In this document: piece by piece, positions 1 to 10,250 of the stretch
How positions within the stretch are numbered: position 1 is the stretch's first letter
How the letters are laid out: the number at the start of each line of letters is the position of its first letter
Assembly (NCBI GenBank): GCA_013265495.1
Contig: MU058645.1
Location: 746,001 to 778,687 of the forward strand
DNA: 32,687 nt
DNA from: Vicugna vicugna
Taxonomy: Eukaryota
Direction of reading: 5' to 3'
Made by a program: the position numbers and the translations under genes
The notes under the pieces: model-generated
What the model saw: the letters and a program-made list of their open reading frames with translations, nothing else
Databases searched by the model: none
Told to the model about the DNA's origin: nothing

Positions 1-339
1 AAATATACTTCTTCTAAAAGCTTTGCGAGACCAATTTTTCCCTCGTGGAGGTGAGGTGAGAGGTTAAAGAGACAGCAACTGCGTACTTAGACTGAAAAGC
101 TTTCCATTAATACTGTTCATAAATTTTAATGCTTCAAATGAGGACAAATTAAGGTCATCTAAAATAGAAATGGTAACTGTCGATGTTTCCAGCATAAATT
201 TTTCACTATAAAAAAATGAAAAGGAGTAATGTCTCCTCACCAAGGCTGCCTTCGCTCTACTTTCTACGTTTGATTTGAGGGAAACAAGCAAGTGTGATTA
301 TAATTGCTTCAAGCAATTCCAAGACATTGTTGCCCTGAC

Positions 340-665
340 ACATAAAGCAATTCCTGTTTTTCCTCCAGGACTCCACCACAGATGCAAATGCATGTGCTTG
401 GTCTGAATGTGCAGTCTGTCCCACCTCACTGGCCAGGAAATAATTTGCAGAGAGCACTGCCAAAAATTACAGTGCGTTCTCTGAATCATTTCACGCCATG
501 TTCATCAAGCAATAGTTTGCGAGGAGTGAAGGTTGGGTTAGGGTTAGGGTTCATGCAGGGAGAGCGTGGACATGAGCTTAACATTCTGCTGTATGCTCAA
601 ATTCTGCCTCCTATATTGGAAATCTATGGGAACATTGGGAAGTTGTCCACAAATTTTGATCATTA
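340..665. mobile_element. Ancient interspersed repeat, MER121-like (conserved non-coding element) with an internal telomere-like GGGTTA run
   Basis: Contains GGTTGGGTTAGGGTTAGGGTTCATGCAGGGAGAGCGTGGAC and ATTGGAAATCTATGGGAA. These resemble my recollection of the MER121 consensus; not verified by search. Confidence 0.5.
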
Positions 666-832
666 ATGTTAGCCACTAACATCCATGATACAAAAACTAA
701 CATTTTTGCAGTTCCTCTGTTGAATAAGAAAATTGGGCACTCAGAGCTCTTGCTAAGCAATTAGATGCCTGTATCTGGGGACTTCCATGTCTTTTTGTTC
801 TTGCTTTGTAATACTGCACATTCGTGGCTTAA

Positions 833-965
833 GTGGCCAAGAGCATGGACTTTAGAGTAAGACCGAACACTTCGGTGTGTCATGTGCTTATTGTATGATC
901 TCAGGTAAGTCATTTAACCTTGTTAAACACCAGTTTTCTCATCTATAAAATGGGAATAATAATAT
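833..965 (+). mobile_element. MIR SINE fragment
   Basis: AAGAGCATGGACTTTAGAGT...GGTAAGTCATTTAACCT...CAGTTTTCTCATCTATAAAATGGGAATAATAA matches the MIR core. Confidence 0.85.
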
Positions 966-2048
966 AAATGGTTTGGGAGATTAGAGATTCAGTGTTGTTT
1001 CCTCTTATATCTCCTGGGCTTTAAAAAAAAATAAAAGCTAGAACTATGTGCAGAAAGGATGGATAAATTCTGATAAGGGTTAATTTAAGGAAAGGCATCT
1101 AAATTCCTTGGCACACAAGTCACGCGTAGTAATTACTCAGTTAACACTGGTTATCACAGTTATTACCTGTCTTATGTTATCTATAAGCTAGAAAATGAGA
1201 GACTGAGAATATCTTTATTCTTTATAGGATAGGCATTTTGGTTTCCTGAAAGGGGCTACTTTCAGCACCCTGGTCCTGACTGCCAACCACCAGTCCAGTG
1301 GAATTACTATTGCACGGTGAGGCAGAGCCTGGGTTGAATGAGATAGTCCATGTGTTAACGTAGGGCCTGTTATTTGATTCCACTCTTGCCACCATCTCTG
1401 TCCGAGACAGGAGCATGGAGGGCACACAGAGCTCACCGGGCTTAATTTTCTCCCTTCCATGGATGAGGCACCTTGTCCCTCATTGCCTGGAACTTCATAA
1501 CCCGCCCCCAGCACTTGCTCTGGGGTGTCTGGCTCCTTCTATCCCACACAGATGAATGTGACTTACATACCACACACACACAAGTACGCCCCCAGGGTGG
1601 CTGTGGGGCAGATTTAAGAAGACAAAGTCCTCCGATGTCAGAGTAAGAAAGAATATTAAGCATCACTAATCGAAAACCTGCAGGTTCCATCGGCGACAGT
1701 GATACTCAGGGGACCTAAATGATCATTCACGCTCCCTGAGCTGATCCCCGATGCATGAATTCCATCACAGTTACCAGCTGGTAATCAGCTCTATTTGTAA
1801 AGTTTGCTGAACGTAATCACGGCTGAGAGCTTGCAACCTAAGACAGACGAGCAGCAAGAGCGCCAAACCGTTAGAAAACGTGTGACCTGAGAGAGCAGCA
1901 TACCCGGGGTGGGGGGGTTGGGGGACAGAAGCTCGACATCTGCCACAGTGACCCAGGGAGAAGCGATCAGGCCTCTGCTAAGGCCATCACACTCGGACTG
2001 CGGAGGCGTCGACATGCAGAGGAATTAAGGAAGTAGAGGCAAGGGGAC

Positions 2049-2496
2049 TGTATGATTCTCCCAGATCTGCTGCAACAGAGTATCTCAAACTGCACGGCTT
2101 AAATAGACAACATGTATGCTCTCGCAGTTCTGGGGGCCAGACGTCCAAAATCAAGGTGTCAGCTGAGCCACGGCCACTCTGAAGGCTCTCGGAGGGGACG
2201 CCTTCCTTGCCTCTTCCACTTCAGGTGGCGACTGGCCGTCTTTGGCATTCCTTGGCTTATGGCTTCTTCACTCCAGTCTCGGCCTCTGTGGTCACATGAT
2301 GTTTCCATGTCTGTGTTTCCCTAAACCCCTCCTGCGAGGATGCCAGTCATCAGAAGAGAGCCCAACCTCGCCCAGTAAGACTGAATCTTGGTTTAAGTAG
2401 TTACGTCTGCAAAGCCCTTACTTCTGAATAAGGCCACATACTGAGGCTCCAGGTAGACGGGAATTTGGGAAGGGGGTCATTATTCAACCCAGGACA
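2049..2496 (-). mobile_element. ERVL-MaLR solo LTR (MLT1B/C-like)
   Basis: TGT...ACA termini. CTCGCAGTTCTGGGGGCCAGACGTCCAAAATCAAGGTGTCAGC and ATTCAACCCAGGACA are typical reverse-strand MLT1 sequence. Confidence 0.88.
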
Positions 2497-2720
2497 AAGA
2501 TTTATTGGCTGACTAACAGGATATGGAAAGTAGAAAAGAGAGTCTGAAGTGGTTCCCAGATTTCTGGTTTAAGGAATTCCCTGGATGGAAGAAGACACAA
2601 GGATTGATGGCAGCTCTTTCCAGTTGGTGCATTTTGAGCTGGATGCGCCTACGGGCCATCAACAGCCAGTGAGGAGCAAGGCGAGAGAAAGGCTCTGGCG
2701 TCCAGATTGGCCTGGAACAG
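2497..2720 (-). mobile_element. L2 LINE fragment, probably split by the MLT1 LTR; a short left part lies at about 2018-2048
   Basis: CCCAGATTTCTGGTTTAAGGAA and CAGTTGGTGCATTTTGAGCTGGATGCGCCT resemble the purine-rich antisense strand of L2. Confidence 0.55.
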
Positions 2721-4452
2721 GGGAAAACATGCCTTCCCGACACCCGAGGAAAGCAGGAACGCACAGCCCGCGTCAGCGCCCTTGGCCATTCTGGGGAGCT
2801 GGATTCACGGTGTTTGAATGACTGACAGCTTTGTCTGTCTCCTAGCTGTAAACAAGAAAGCACGAAACGGGAAGGGAGCACAACACTCTGCTCTGACGTG
2901 GAGTTATCCCCTGCCTTTAGCTCATCCGTGAAGAGTGGGGCCAGGTGACCCCTTGCAGTTCCCGGTTCCCCTTCTCCGACCCAGAGCCCATCCTCCCAGC
3001 AGAGCCTGGACCACGCCACACAAGAAGGACGAGAAGCGCCCCCACATCCAGGGCAGAGTTCTGCCAAGACGACAGCGTGTCCAGCCTAGACACGGAGTGC
3101 TCACACAGCTAAGAGGGGCGTTTGCACAGAGCAAACACTGGAAACACGTGAAAGATTGACAAGGCTGCTTTGGAGGATGGAAAGCAGGTGAAAGAGTGAT
3201 GACCAGCTGAGCAGAGCAGGGAGAAGAGAGGGCTGAGCGCCTGGGGAGAGGGAAGTCATCAGTGAACAAGCTACAAGCACAACAGACCACCAGCTTCAGG
3301 AACTGCAGAGACCAGGAAAAGGAAAGAGGAAGTGAGGTGTGAGCCTGGAAACCGCCTGCTTAGCTGGAAGCCTGTGTAACGGGTGGTTACGCCCCAGATC
3401 CTCTCTGCAACCCCGTTCTTCTAAGCCACTTCATCTCCCACCCACTCTCTCTACCCTTCCAGCAGGAGACAAGACGTGCACTCTCTGGACAGTTTAGAGG
3501 TTTCCTAGACTCCAGATACTGGATACAGCAGAAGGTTGAGAAGAAAAGCAAAGGACCGGAAACGAGGGGAACTGAGTGCAAGTCACTGTGCTGGACGGTG
3601 AGGCTCCCAGCCCATCGCCCTCGGAAGTCACAGCACCAGCATCCAGGTTCACACTAATCGTCTGAATACAGAGGATTCTTCTTCAGAGAAAGTGACCACC
3701 CTGAGAGAAGCTCCCAGGGATGCTGCCACTTGCCACCCACAGCAAAATAGCCAAATATTATCTAATCACCCTGTAGCAAGGCCCACCAGATAATTGCCTC
3801 ACCTCGTAGCTTCTAAGATGCTTTTTATAAGTTTGCTCCTAAATGTGAAATCTAAAGACCACCAGACAATGAAGGAAAGCTTCTAACATAAAGAAAAAAG
3901 AATAAAAGAAACAAACAAACAAAAGAAGACATTTGGAAAAAGAGAGATTGGGCAGGGAGTAGAAGAAACTTTTTTTAATAATAAAATTCATATTCTCAGA
4001 AATAAAAGAATCTTTTACATTCCTGAAATAAAAATGGCTTGCTTTAGGGAAGGAACACTGTAGGAATAAGAAAGAGCTCTTAGGAAATAAAATTTATTAT
4101 ATTATGAATTTCAAACATCAATTACATGTTTGTAGGGTCAGTTGAAGCAATTTCCTGCAAAGTAAAACTAAAATAAAAAGTATTGGGAAATAAGATTTAA
4201 AAAGATAAAACAATTAGATGATCAAACAGGGAAGTCCAACATCCAAATTATAGGAGATCCAAAAAGAGACTGGAAAACGTGGTGGGAAAGAAATTAGCAA
4301 AGAAATAATACAAGAACATTTCTCAGAATGGAAGAAAAAGAATTTTCAGAATGAAAAAATCCATCAAGTGTGGCACAAATAATTTTTTTTATTATAAATA
4401 CCTATATTGGGCCACCAAGGACCAAAAGAAGACTCTAAAGGCTTCTGGGGAT

Positions 4453-4490
4453 TATAATAACAACAACAACAACAACAACAACAACAAAAA
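4453..4490 (+). repeat. (TAA)/(CAA)n microsatellite
   Basis: Direct run of about 9 CAA units, which gives the poly-N and poly-C tracts in spurious ORFs. Confidence 0.95.
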
Positions 4491-5030
4491 ACCCATGAAT
4501 CGAAATAGCAGCATCCTTCTCGAGAGCAATGCTGGAAGCCTGTAGGCAATGGAACAATTTCTTCAAACTCGGAAGAAAAAATATTTTCAAATTGGAAATT
4601 TCAGTTTAGTTAAACTATCAGTCAATGACAGATAAAAGAAAGTTTTTGACTTGCAGGTCTCAAAAAGATTGTTTTTCACACAGATTTTCTCAGAAAGCCA
4701 ACATTCAGCATATTACACCGACCCAAGGAGGCAGCCAAGATCCAAGAAGAGAAAGGTTCCGTTTGCAAGGGAAGCGGAAGCTAAGCAGAATTCTCAAAAT
4801 GCAGGTAGAGGGAGAGACAGGCGTGGTTAGCTGTGCCCTAGACCTCGAGGCCCAGGTGCCGCCAAGCTCCAGGCGGGTGGACTCCAGGCTGATGCAGCCA
4901 AAAATAGTATGTAGCTCCCATCTTTGATTATACGAATGAGTTTTACTGATTGATCGGGGACAATTTGGAGCGGAGCTGGTGATGGAGATATAGACAGCTG
5001 AGCAAGTCGATACTGAAAACAAACGTACGA

Positions 5031-5089
5031 TGAAGTTGACACAACATTGTAAAATGACTATAACTCAATAAAAAAAAGTTAAGAAAAGA
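5031..5089 (+). mobile_element. Very short, 5'-truncated lineage-specific L1 3' end nested in HAL1
   Basis: TTGACACAACATTGTAAAATGACTATAACTCAATAAAAAAAA tail. Imperfect 14-bp flanking duplication at 5017-5030 and 5090-5103. Confidence 0.75.
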
Positions 5090-6171
5090 AAAGAAATGTA
5101 CAAGAAAGAAATTGTAATCATCTGTAAACAAAAGTGATATGAGTGTAAATATTAAATGTTCAAAAATTGTCACAAAAATGTATTTAGAGGGTAAGGAAAA
5201 GGGGACGTGGAGAGGGGTAGAGAGAGGTCTAAGAGAGCTAAAAACTTATCTTCCATTTTAAAAAAAGAAGTCAATATGTGGTATCTAAAATTTTTAATGA
5301 AAAAATTAGTTATCTGTTATTTAGAATGTGGAGGTAAATACCAAAACAAAACCAAAAACAGAAACGCCTAAAAGAGCCGAAGCCGGGCTCTGGGCCTCAG
5401 GAAGGAGAAGGGCAAAAGAATGCTTGCTTTTACACTTTAAACCTTTCAGTGATATTTGAAGTTTTAAACTATGTTCATGTGTTATGTGACAAAATTTCAG
5501 TGAAAGAAGAGGAGAAATTGTCATTTCCAGGCCCAGGAAGGGAGGACAAGTTAGCCGCAGACTCACCGGAGTAAATCCCCGAGGGGCACCGACCCTGGGG
5601 CACGCCCGCCTGCCACGTGGCCACCGGGATGGAGGGCACCAACAGGGAGCCCTCACTCAGGCTTTGGCGAGAGGAACGGGGGTCTAACGCCCAGGACGAG
5701 ACGTAAGTGGTGCCTGGTGTTCTGGGGAGGCGCGTCTCCTGTCACGGTCCCTGTGTTCGGCCCGTTAGTATCTATGACTCATTTTGCTGTAGCTCAAACA
5801 CACCAAGCAACGTCATGGGTTCATAAAAAGTAATTTGGGGGGAGAGAGAGTATGCTTTCATTATGTCATAATAGGGCTCAAGCAGCATGCAGTTGGCTTG
5901 GAGTGAATTAGGTTCCTGCTGGCTTCGTATGAGGATTGCCCCTCAAGAAATAAAAATTCAAGACAAACAAAAAATTTAGAAGGAATGAAGATAGCATTTG
6001 GCACCTACAAATTACCCCCCAAAAGGTGTATTTCCCTAAAGCAAAGGCCACATTTTGAACAGCAGAGTAACCATCCAGCGCCGGTCACCTGCACTCTTAC
6101 AGACACCAGGTACCGCCAAGATGCCTTATAGCCACTGCCTCCCATGTCGCGACAGTCCTGGATGACTTGTA

Positions 6172-6224
6172 TGTTCATTTCTATCCTGTAGATGAGAAAA
6201 GTTAAGGCTCAGAGATTAAGTGGG
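6172..6224 (-). mobile_element. MIR fragment
   Basis: TGTAGATGAGAAAAGTTAAGGCTCAGAGATTAAGTG is antisense MIR core. Confidence 0.65.
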
Positions 6225-6365
6225 GAATTTAGAAGCACACATTCCTAGGCTCCCTGCAGAGTTACTGACGACATCCCTGGTCGTGGTCACGGGACTCGCG
6301 AATTTGCATCTCATTCGCTCCCCGGGTCACTCTGTTGCCATGAACGGGCCGGAAGTCATGGTTTG
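6225..6365. mobile_element. MER5-like hAT-Charlie MITE fragment
   Basis: CACATTCCTAGGCTCCC...GAATTTGCATCTC...GCTCCCCGGGTCACTCTGTTGC resembles MER5. Confidence 0.5.
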
Positions 6366-6711
6366 GGTCACAATGTTAAACTAGGTGTAAATGAATTACT
6401 GAGACTGGCCAGCTAAATTACCATCCTAAAATGCAATTCTGTCTGTTTTTCTTCCGTGCTCTTCTTTTAACTCTGCCTTTATGTGTAGTATTGGTTTTGT
6501 CTCTAAAAAATAAAAATCTTATAAAGGAACATTAGGATAACAGGAAAGAGCTTTTGAGAATGAAAATTGTGATATTGTGTATAAATGAAACATGCTCATC
6601 TGACCAAAAAAAATCTTAACTGCTTTCCTGAGACTAAAGTAAGAAATTGCCTGCAAAGGGCCTGGCAGGTTATCAAGGCCCAGCCAGCGACCGGGAGGGC
6701 GCAGGATGTCC

Positions 6712-6895
6712 TGGAAAGAATGCGGACTTTGAAATCCAACAGACCTAAATTTAAATTCTGGTTCCACAACTTAGGCAGTCTTGACAGTCAGTGATATCAC
6801 CTGCGTTACCAGGTTGTTCTGAAAATCAAGATTTAAAAATATATCCAAAGCCCCTAGTACAGTGTTTGGAACATCACTGTGCTCAAAATGCTGTG
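6712..6895 (+). mobile_element. MIR SINE with internal deletion
   Basis: GGACTTTGAAATCCAACAGACCTAAATTTAAATTCTGGTTCCAC head and AAAGCCCCTAGTACAGTGTTTGGAACAT...GTGCTCAA tail. Confidence 0.75.
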
Positions 6896-8319
6896 AATTT
6901 TCCCCCCATAAACTCATCAGTCTGCTGCATTCCGTCGGCCCCTCCTTTCTGTTTGCACACACCATCTTCCCACTGTGCAGAGTGCCGAGCTCGCTTCTCC
7001 CAGAGCCCCTTTGGCTAACCCAGTAGAGGAGACGGTGTTCTTTGCTTCCTAATCTCACAGCCTTTCCATCCTGAGGAAAAGGGGCATTTCTTTAAAACTC
7101 TCCACCTTTCTTTTCCCATAGATTATTTACATATATTAAAACTAATCCTTTGGGGGCGTTTTGCTCTAATGAAAGTTGCGTAGTTTGACTTTTCCAAGAT
7201 AAGATATGCATGATTTGCTTTGGTTCTTTTTCTGACCAGATTAGCAAACTTAATCCTGTGATCACAATTACATAGTCCTTCACGCCTTAATACGCACGAT
7301 ATTGTTCACCTTCCGGTACCAAACCCAAAATCAAGGATGGTGACCATATGTCCTAAATTTGGTTTAATATTGGGTCATTTCAACAATTGAGGGGCATTAA
7401 ATATATAACAATGTGAATTAGGCATTACACCTTTATGTGATTTTTATGTAAATTATTCATCTACTTTTTGTGTTAAGAAACCATACTATTGTATAATATA
7501 TGAGTTCATTCATATTAGAGTCTTAAAGGGGTGTAAAATCAGATAATGATTACTTGGCATATAATGATCTTCTTAATTGAAATGAGTAAACTAATATAAA
7601 ATTGGAACTATCTTGAACAACCCATGACATACGGTCACAGTAAATGTGTTTCCTCCCTTTGTGTGCTTAGGAACTGGTCATTATTATTATTTCATATGCG
7701 TAAGAGAAACTTACCAGGAGCAAAATTACAGGATAACTGTACTGTACAGAGAAACCCTCTCAGACAACGGCCAGAAGATGTTAACAAAACACATGTAGTA
7801 GAATTGATGGCGTAAGAATTTTAATAAACCCATCCAGCACAGACTACTCAGTGTTCATAAACCAACAAGAAGGGAGTGTGTAGTAACTGCTGCTCAGAGC
7901 CTTAGATATTTAAGCTCGTGCTGTGTGTACTGAAAACAATCAAAATTGCAAATTCAAGATCACAAACTAGAAGAAATAAATTACCAAACAGAAGGGTCTC
8001 TTGTGTTAAAATGTCTGAAGGACTAGTTTTATGGACCAGCATCAGTCAACAAAGATTGCACAGAAACTTAACTCACATCATCAAATTCTCAATGGACTGA
8101 TTTCATTTCTGCCAAGAGTTAGTCTCTGGAACATTCAGCACATTCTCCTGTGTAAGTAGATGCTAAATGCAGTGCCATCAGCAAGTGAGCTCTTTATCAA
8201 TCCACTCAAAACCGGTGCTCCTAATACTGCTTATCGAGGAAAGTAGCACTCCCCGGACAGCCCACGTGCTGAGTGCGACACCCAGCACTCACCGAGTTCC
8301 GCGCGCCAGGCTTTACGCT

Positions 8320-8471
8320 CAGTGCTATAAAGCAGCTCCCTAGGCAAAGGGGAAATGCTTACTTGCCGATGGCTGTGGTATAAATTCTTCCAACACAAAC
8401 AATTCCAAACGACTAACTGTTTTAACAATTGCTTCTTGAAATTAGCACAAACTGACCCCAGCACACGACTC
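8320..8471 (-). mobile_element. MER63-like hAT MITE
   Basis: TTGCCGATGGCTGTGGTATAAATTCTTCCAAC and a terminal CCAGCACACGACT resembling the MER63 TIR. Confidence 0.6.
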
Positions 8472-8489
8472 CTAAATCACTGAATTAGC

Positions 8490-8632
8490 AGTGAAACAAC
8501 CAGGCAGGTAATTATGACTGACTTCATTTTACAGATGGAAAAACAGGCCTGGAGACATGAGTTGCAGTGGCCACGATCACACAGCTGATACGGGGCTGAG
8601 TTGGGATTGGAGTGCAAGTTCGCCTAAACTCC
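8490..8632 (-). mobile_element. MIR SINE fragment
   Basis: CATTTTACAGATGGAAAAACAGGCC...GGCCACGATCACACAGCTG. Confidence 0.75.
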
Positions 8633-8635
8633 GTC

Positions 8636-8708
8636 TATTACTCAACAAATATTTGTAAGACCAAAATGCTGCTTTGCACGGCAAAGGACAAAACAAACAA
8701 AAATCCTT
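8636..8708 (-). mobile_element. L2 3' end fragment
   Basis: CTCAACAAATATTTG...ACAAAAATCCTTG resembles the antisense L2 3' terminus. Confidence 0.45.
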
Positions 8709-9059
8709 GAAGGGCTGACAGGCCGGTGTGAGTCAGTCATGCCCTTAACCTTTCCGGCCTTTCCCTGCATTGCAAGTGTAGATCGCCCGGGGGCTGCAGT
8801 GAGACGAGCCAGAAGGTCGACTCCAGCGCACACTGACCTCACGTCCTACGGCCGTCCGGCCAGGTTCGCTAGCGTTTTGTTCTTCTCTGCGGTGCCTCTA
8901 CTTGGGGTGTTTCTTCAGCACAGCACAACGTCAGCTGGTTACAAGAAGACACAAGGAACCTGTGGACTGCTCGCTGCATACTGACTAGAAAGTTATGGCT
9001 AAACAATCATTTCTTAATGAGCGAAGCTTTAGAGTCTGGGTTCTTCGTGGCTTCTGCCT

Positions 9060-9530
9060 GCTTGTCTCCCAGGCTAGTCGGACCACCCCCTGACCCGTGC
9101 GATTTCTTCCTTGGTTCTCAGAGTGAGCATCACCTGCTGTAGCCACGGGCACCCAAGCTCCGATTCGGAGACTCAGTCTTCGCTTGGATTCTCGGCATTA
9201 CTTATATCAAGTGTACCTTCTGCCACCCTGACCGTGCGGCTGGAACACATGGCTCTAATGTATTTGTTCAGTGTTGCACAGTGGCTTGTCCGTTTCACTT
9301 ACTCAGCCTCCTGCTGGTGGACTTGCAGGCTGTGTCCAGCGTTTCACTGTGGTAAGTCGTGGTGCCCACCGTGCAGGCAAACACTACAACATTGAGGCTT
9401 TTTCTTCTGAAGCCCGTGTGACATCTGTAACAGTTTCTCCACGGTGGCCACCGGAAGTGGACATGCTTACTCACTGGGTAGCTGGACATCCCGTTTTACT
9501 AGTTATTACCAATTTGCCTACAAATAGGGT
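9060..9530 (-). mobile_element. Old L1M (L1ME-type) 3' region fragment
   Basis: CTGCTGGTGGACTTGCAGGCTGTGTCCAGCGTTT and GTTTCTCCACGG...GGAAGTGGACATGCT align by eye with antisense L1 3' sequence. Confidence 0.55.
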
Positions 9531-9885
9531 GTCTTGGGTTGGTCCCAAGTCTCTACTGTTAGCCACAACCTGTAAATTTGGTTTCTCATCCTTTCAGGGA
9601 TTATGTGCTTCTGGGTGGCTTAAAACTCATCTATAAAAGCATCCAGGCCTGTTGTCTCTTGCTTGTGTCTTACATCTTTGTGAGTTTGTCAGCTACAGTG
9701 TTTTGCCGTGTGCTGTTTACTTTAATGTTAGCATCGGAATGTGGTCTCAGTCTGTCTTCAAGTAATGCGATGCCTCTTCATGTTTAGTGTAATAGCTTTA
9801 CAAATGATCCCTTCCATTTCTCCCCTCCCAGTCCTTACGTTACTTTTGTCACGTATATTGATTGCTTCTACATATTTTACAAACC

Positions 9886-10065
9886 CAGTTTTTACCATCT
9901 CAGGGAAGTCAACTGTACACATCTTTTCTCAAATCCACCTTCAGTTTGGTGGCTTGAAATCAGCTATGTGAGGGGCATTTACACTAAGGAAATAGGCAAA
10001 CACTATCAAATTAAGGCTTTTTCTTCTGAAGCCCCAGTCATTAAACATTTACTAGCACATCATTT
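9886..10065 (+). mobile_element. MER63A-like hAT MITE with 8-bp target-site duplication
   Basis: GGCTTGAAATCAGCTATG...ATTTACAC...GGCAAACACTA...TTAAACATTTACTAGCACATCA. Flanks are TACAAACC (9878-9885) and TATAAACC (10066-10073). Confidence 0.78.
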
Positions 10066-10127
10066 TATAAACCCAAATGTATACTGTTATCATTTTTGCC
10101 TTGAGCACTTAATTATCACTTAAAGAG

Positions 10128-10250
10128 ATTTTTTCCAGTTTTATTGAGATATAATTGACATATAGCACTGTATAAATTTAAGTGCACAGCACAATGATTT
10201 GACTTACATATGTTGTGAAATGATTACCACAATAAGTTATTTAATACCCC
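10128..10250 (-). mobile_element. L1MA-type 3' end
   Basis: TTTTATTGAGATATAATTGACATATAGCACTGTATAAATTTAAG...TGAAATGATTACCACAATAAGTT. Confidence 0.85.

Larger units (their letters stand above)
3250..5500 (+). mobile_element. HAL1 / old L1M ORF1-type element, decayed
   Basis: A-rich ORF1-like remnants: AAGTCCAACATCCAAATTATAGGAGATCC, AAAGAAATAATACAAGAACATTTCTCAGAA, GCAATGCTGGAAGCC...CAATGGAACAATTTCTTCAAA and AAACTATCAGTCAA. A 3'-end-like segment lies at about 5420-5500. Confidence 0.7.

Noticed and set aside
7333..7362. GGTGACCATATGTCCT resembling a hAT-Blackjack TIR
   Set aside because: It is too short, and I found no partner TIR.
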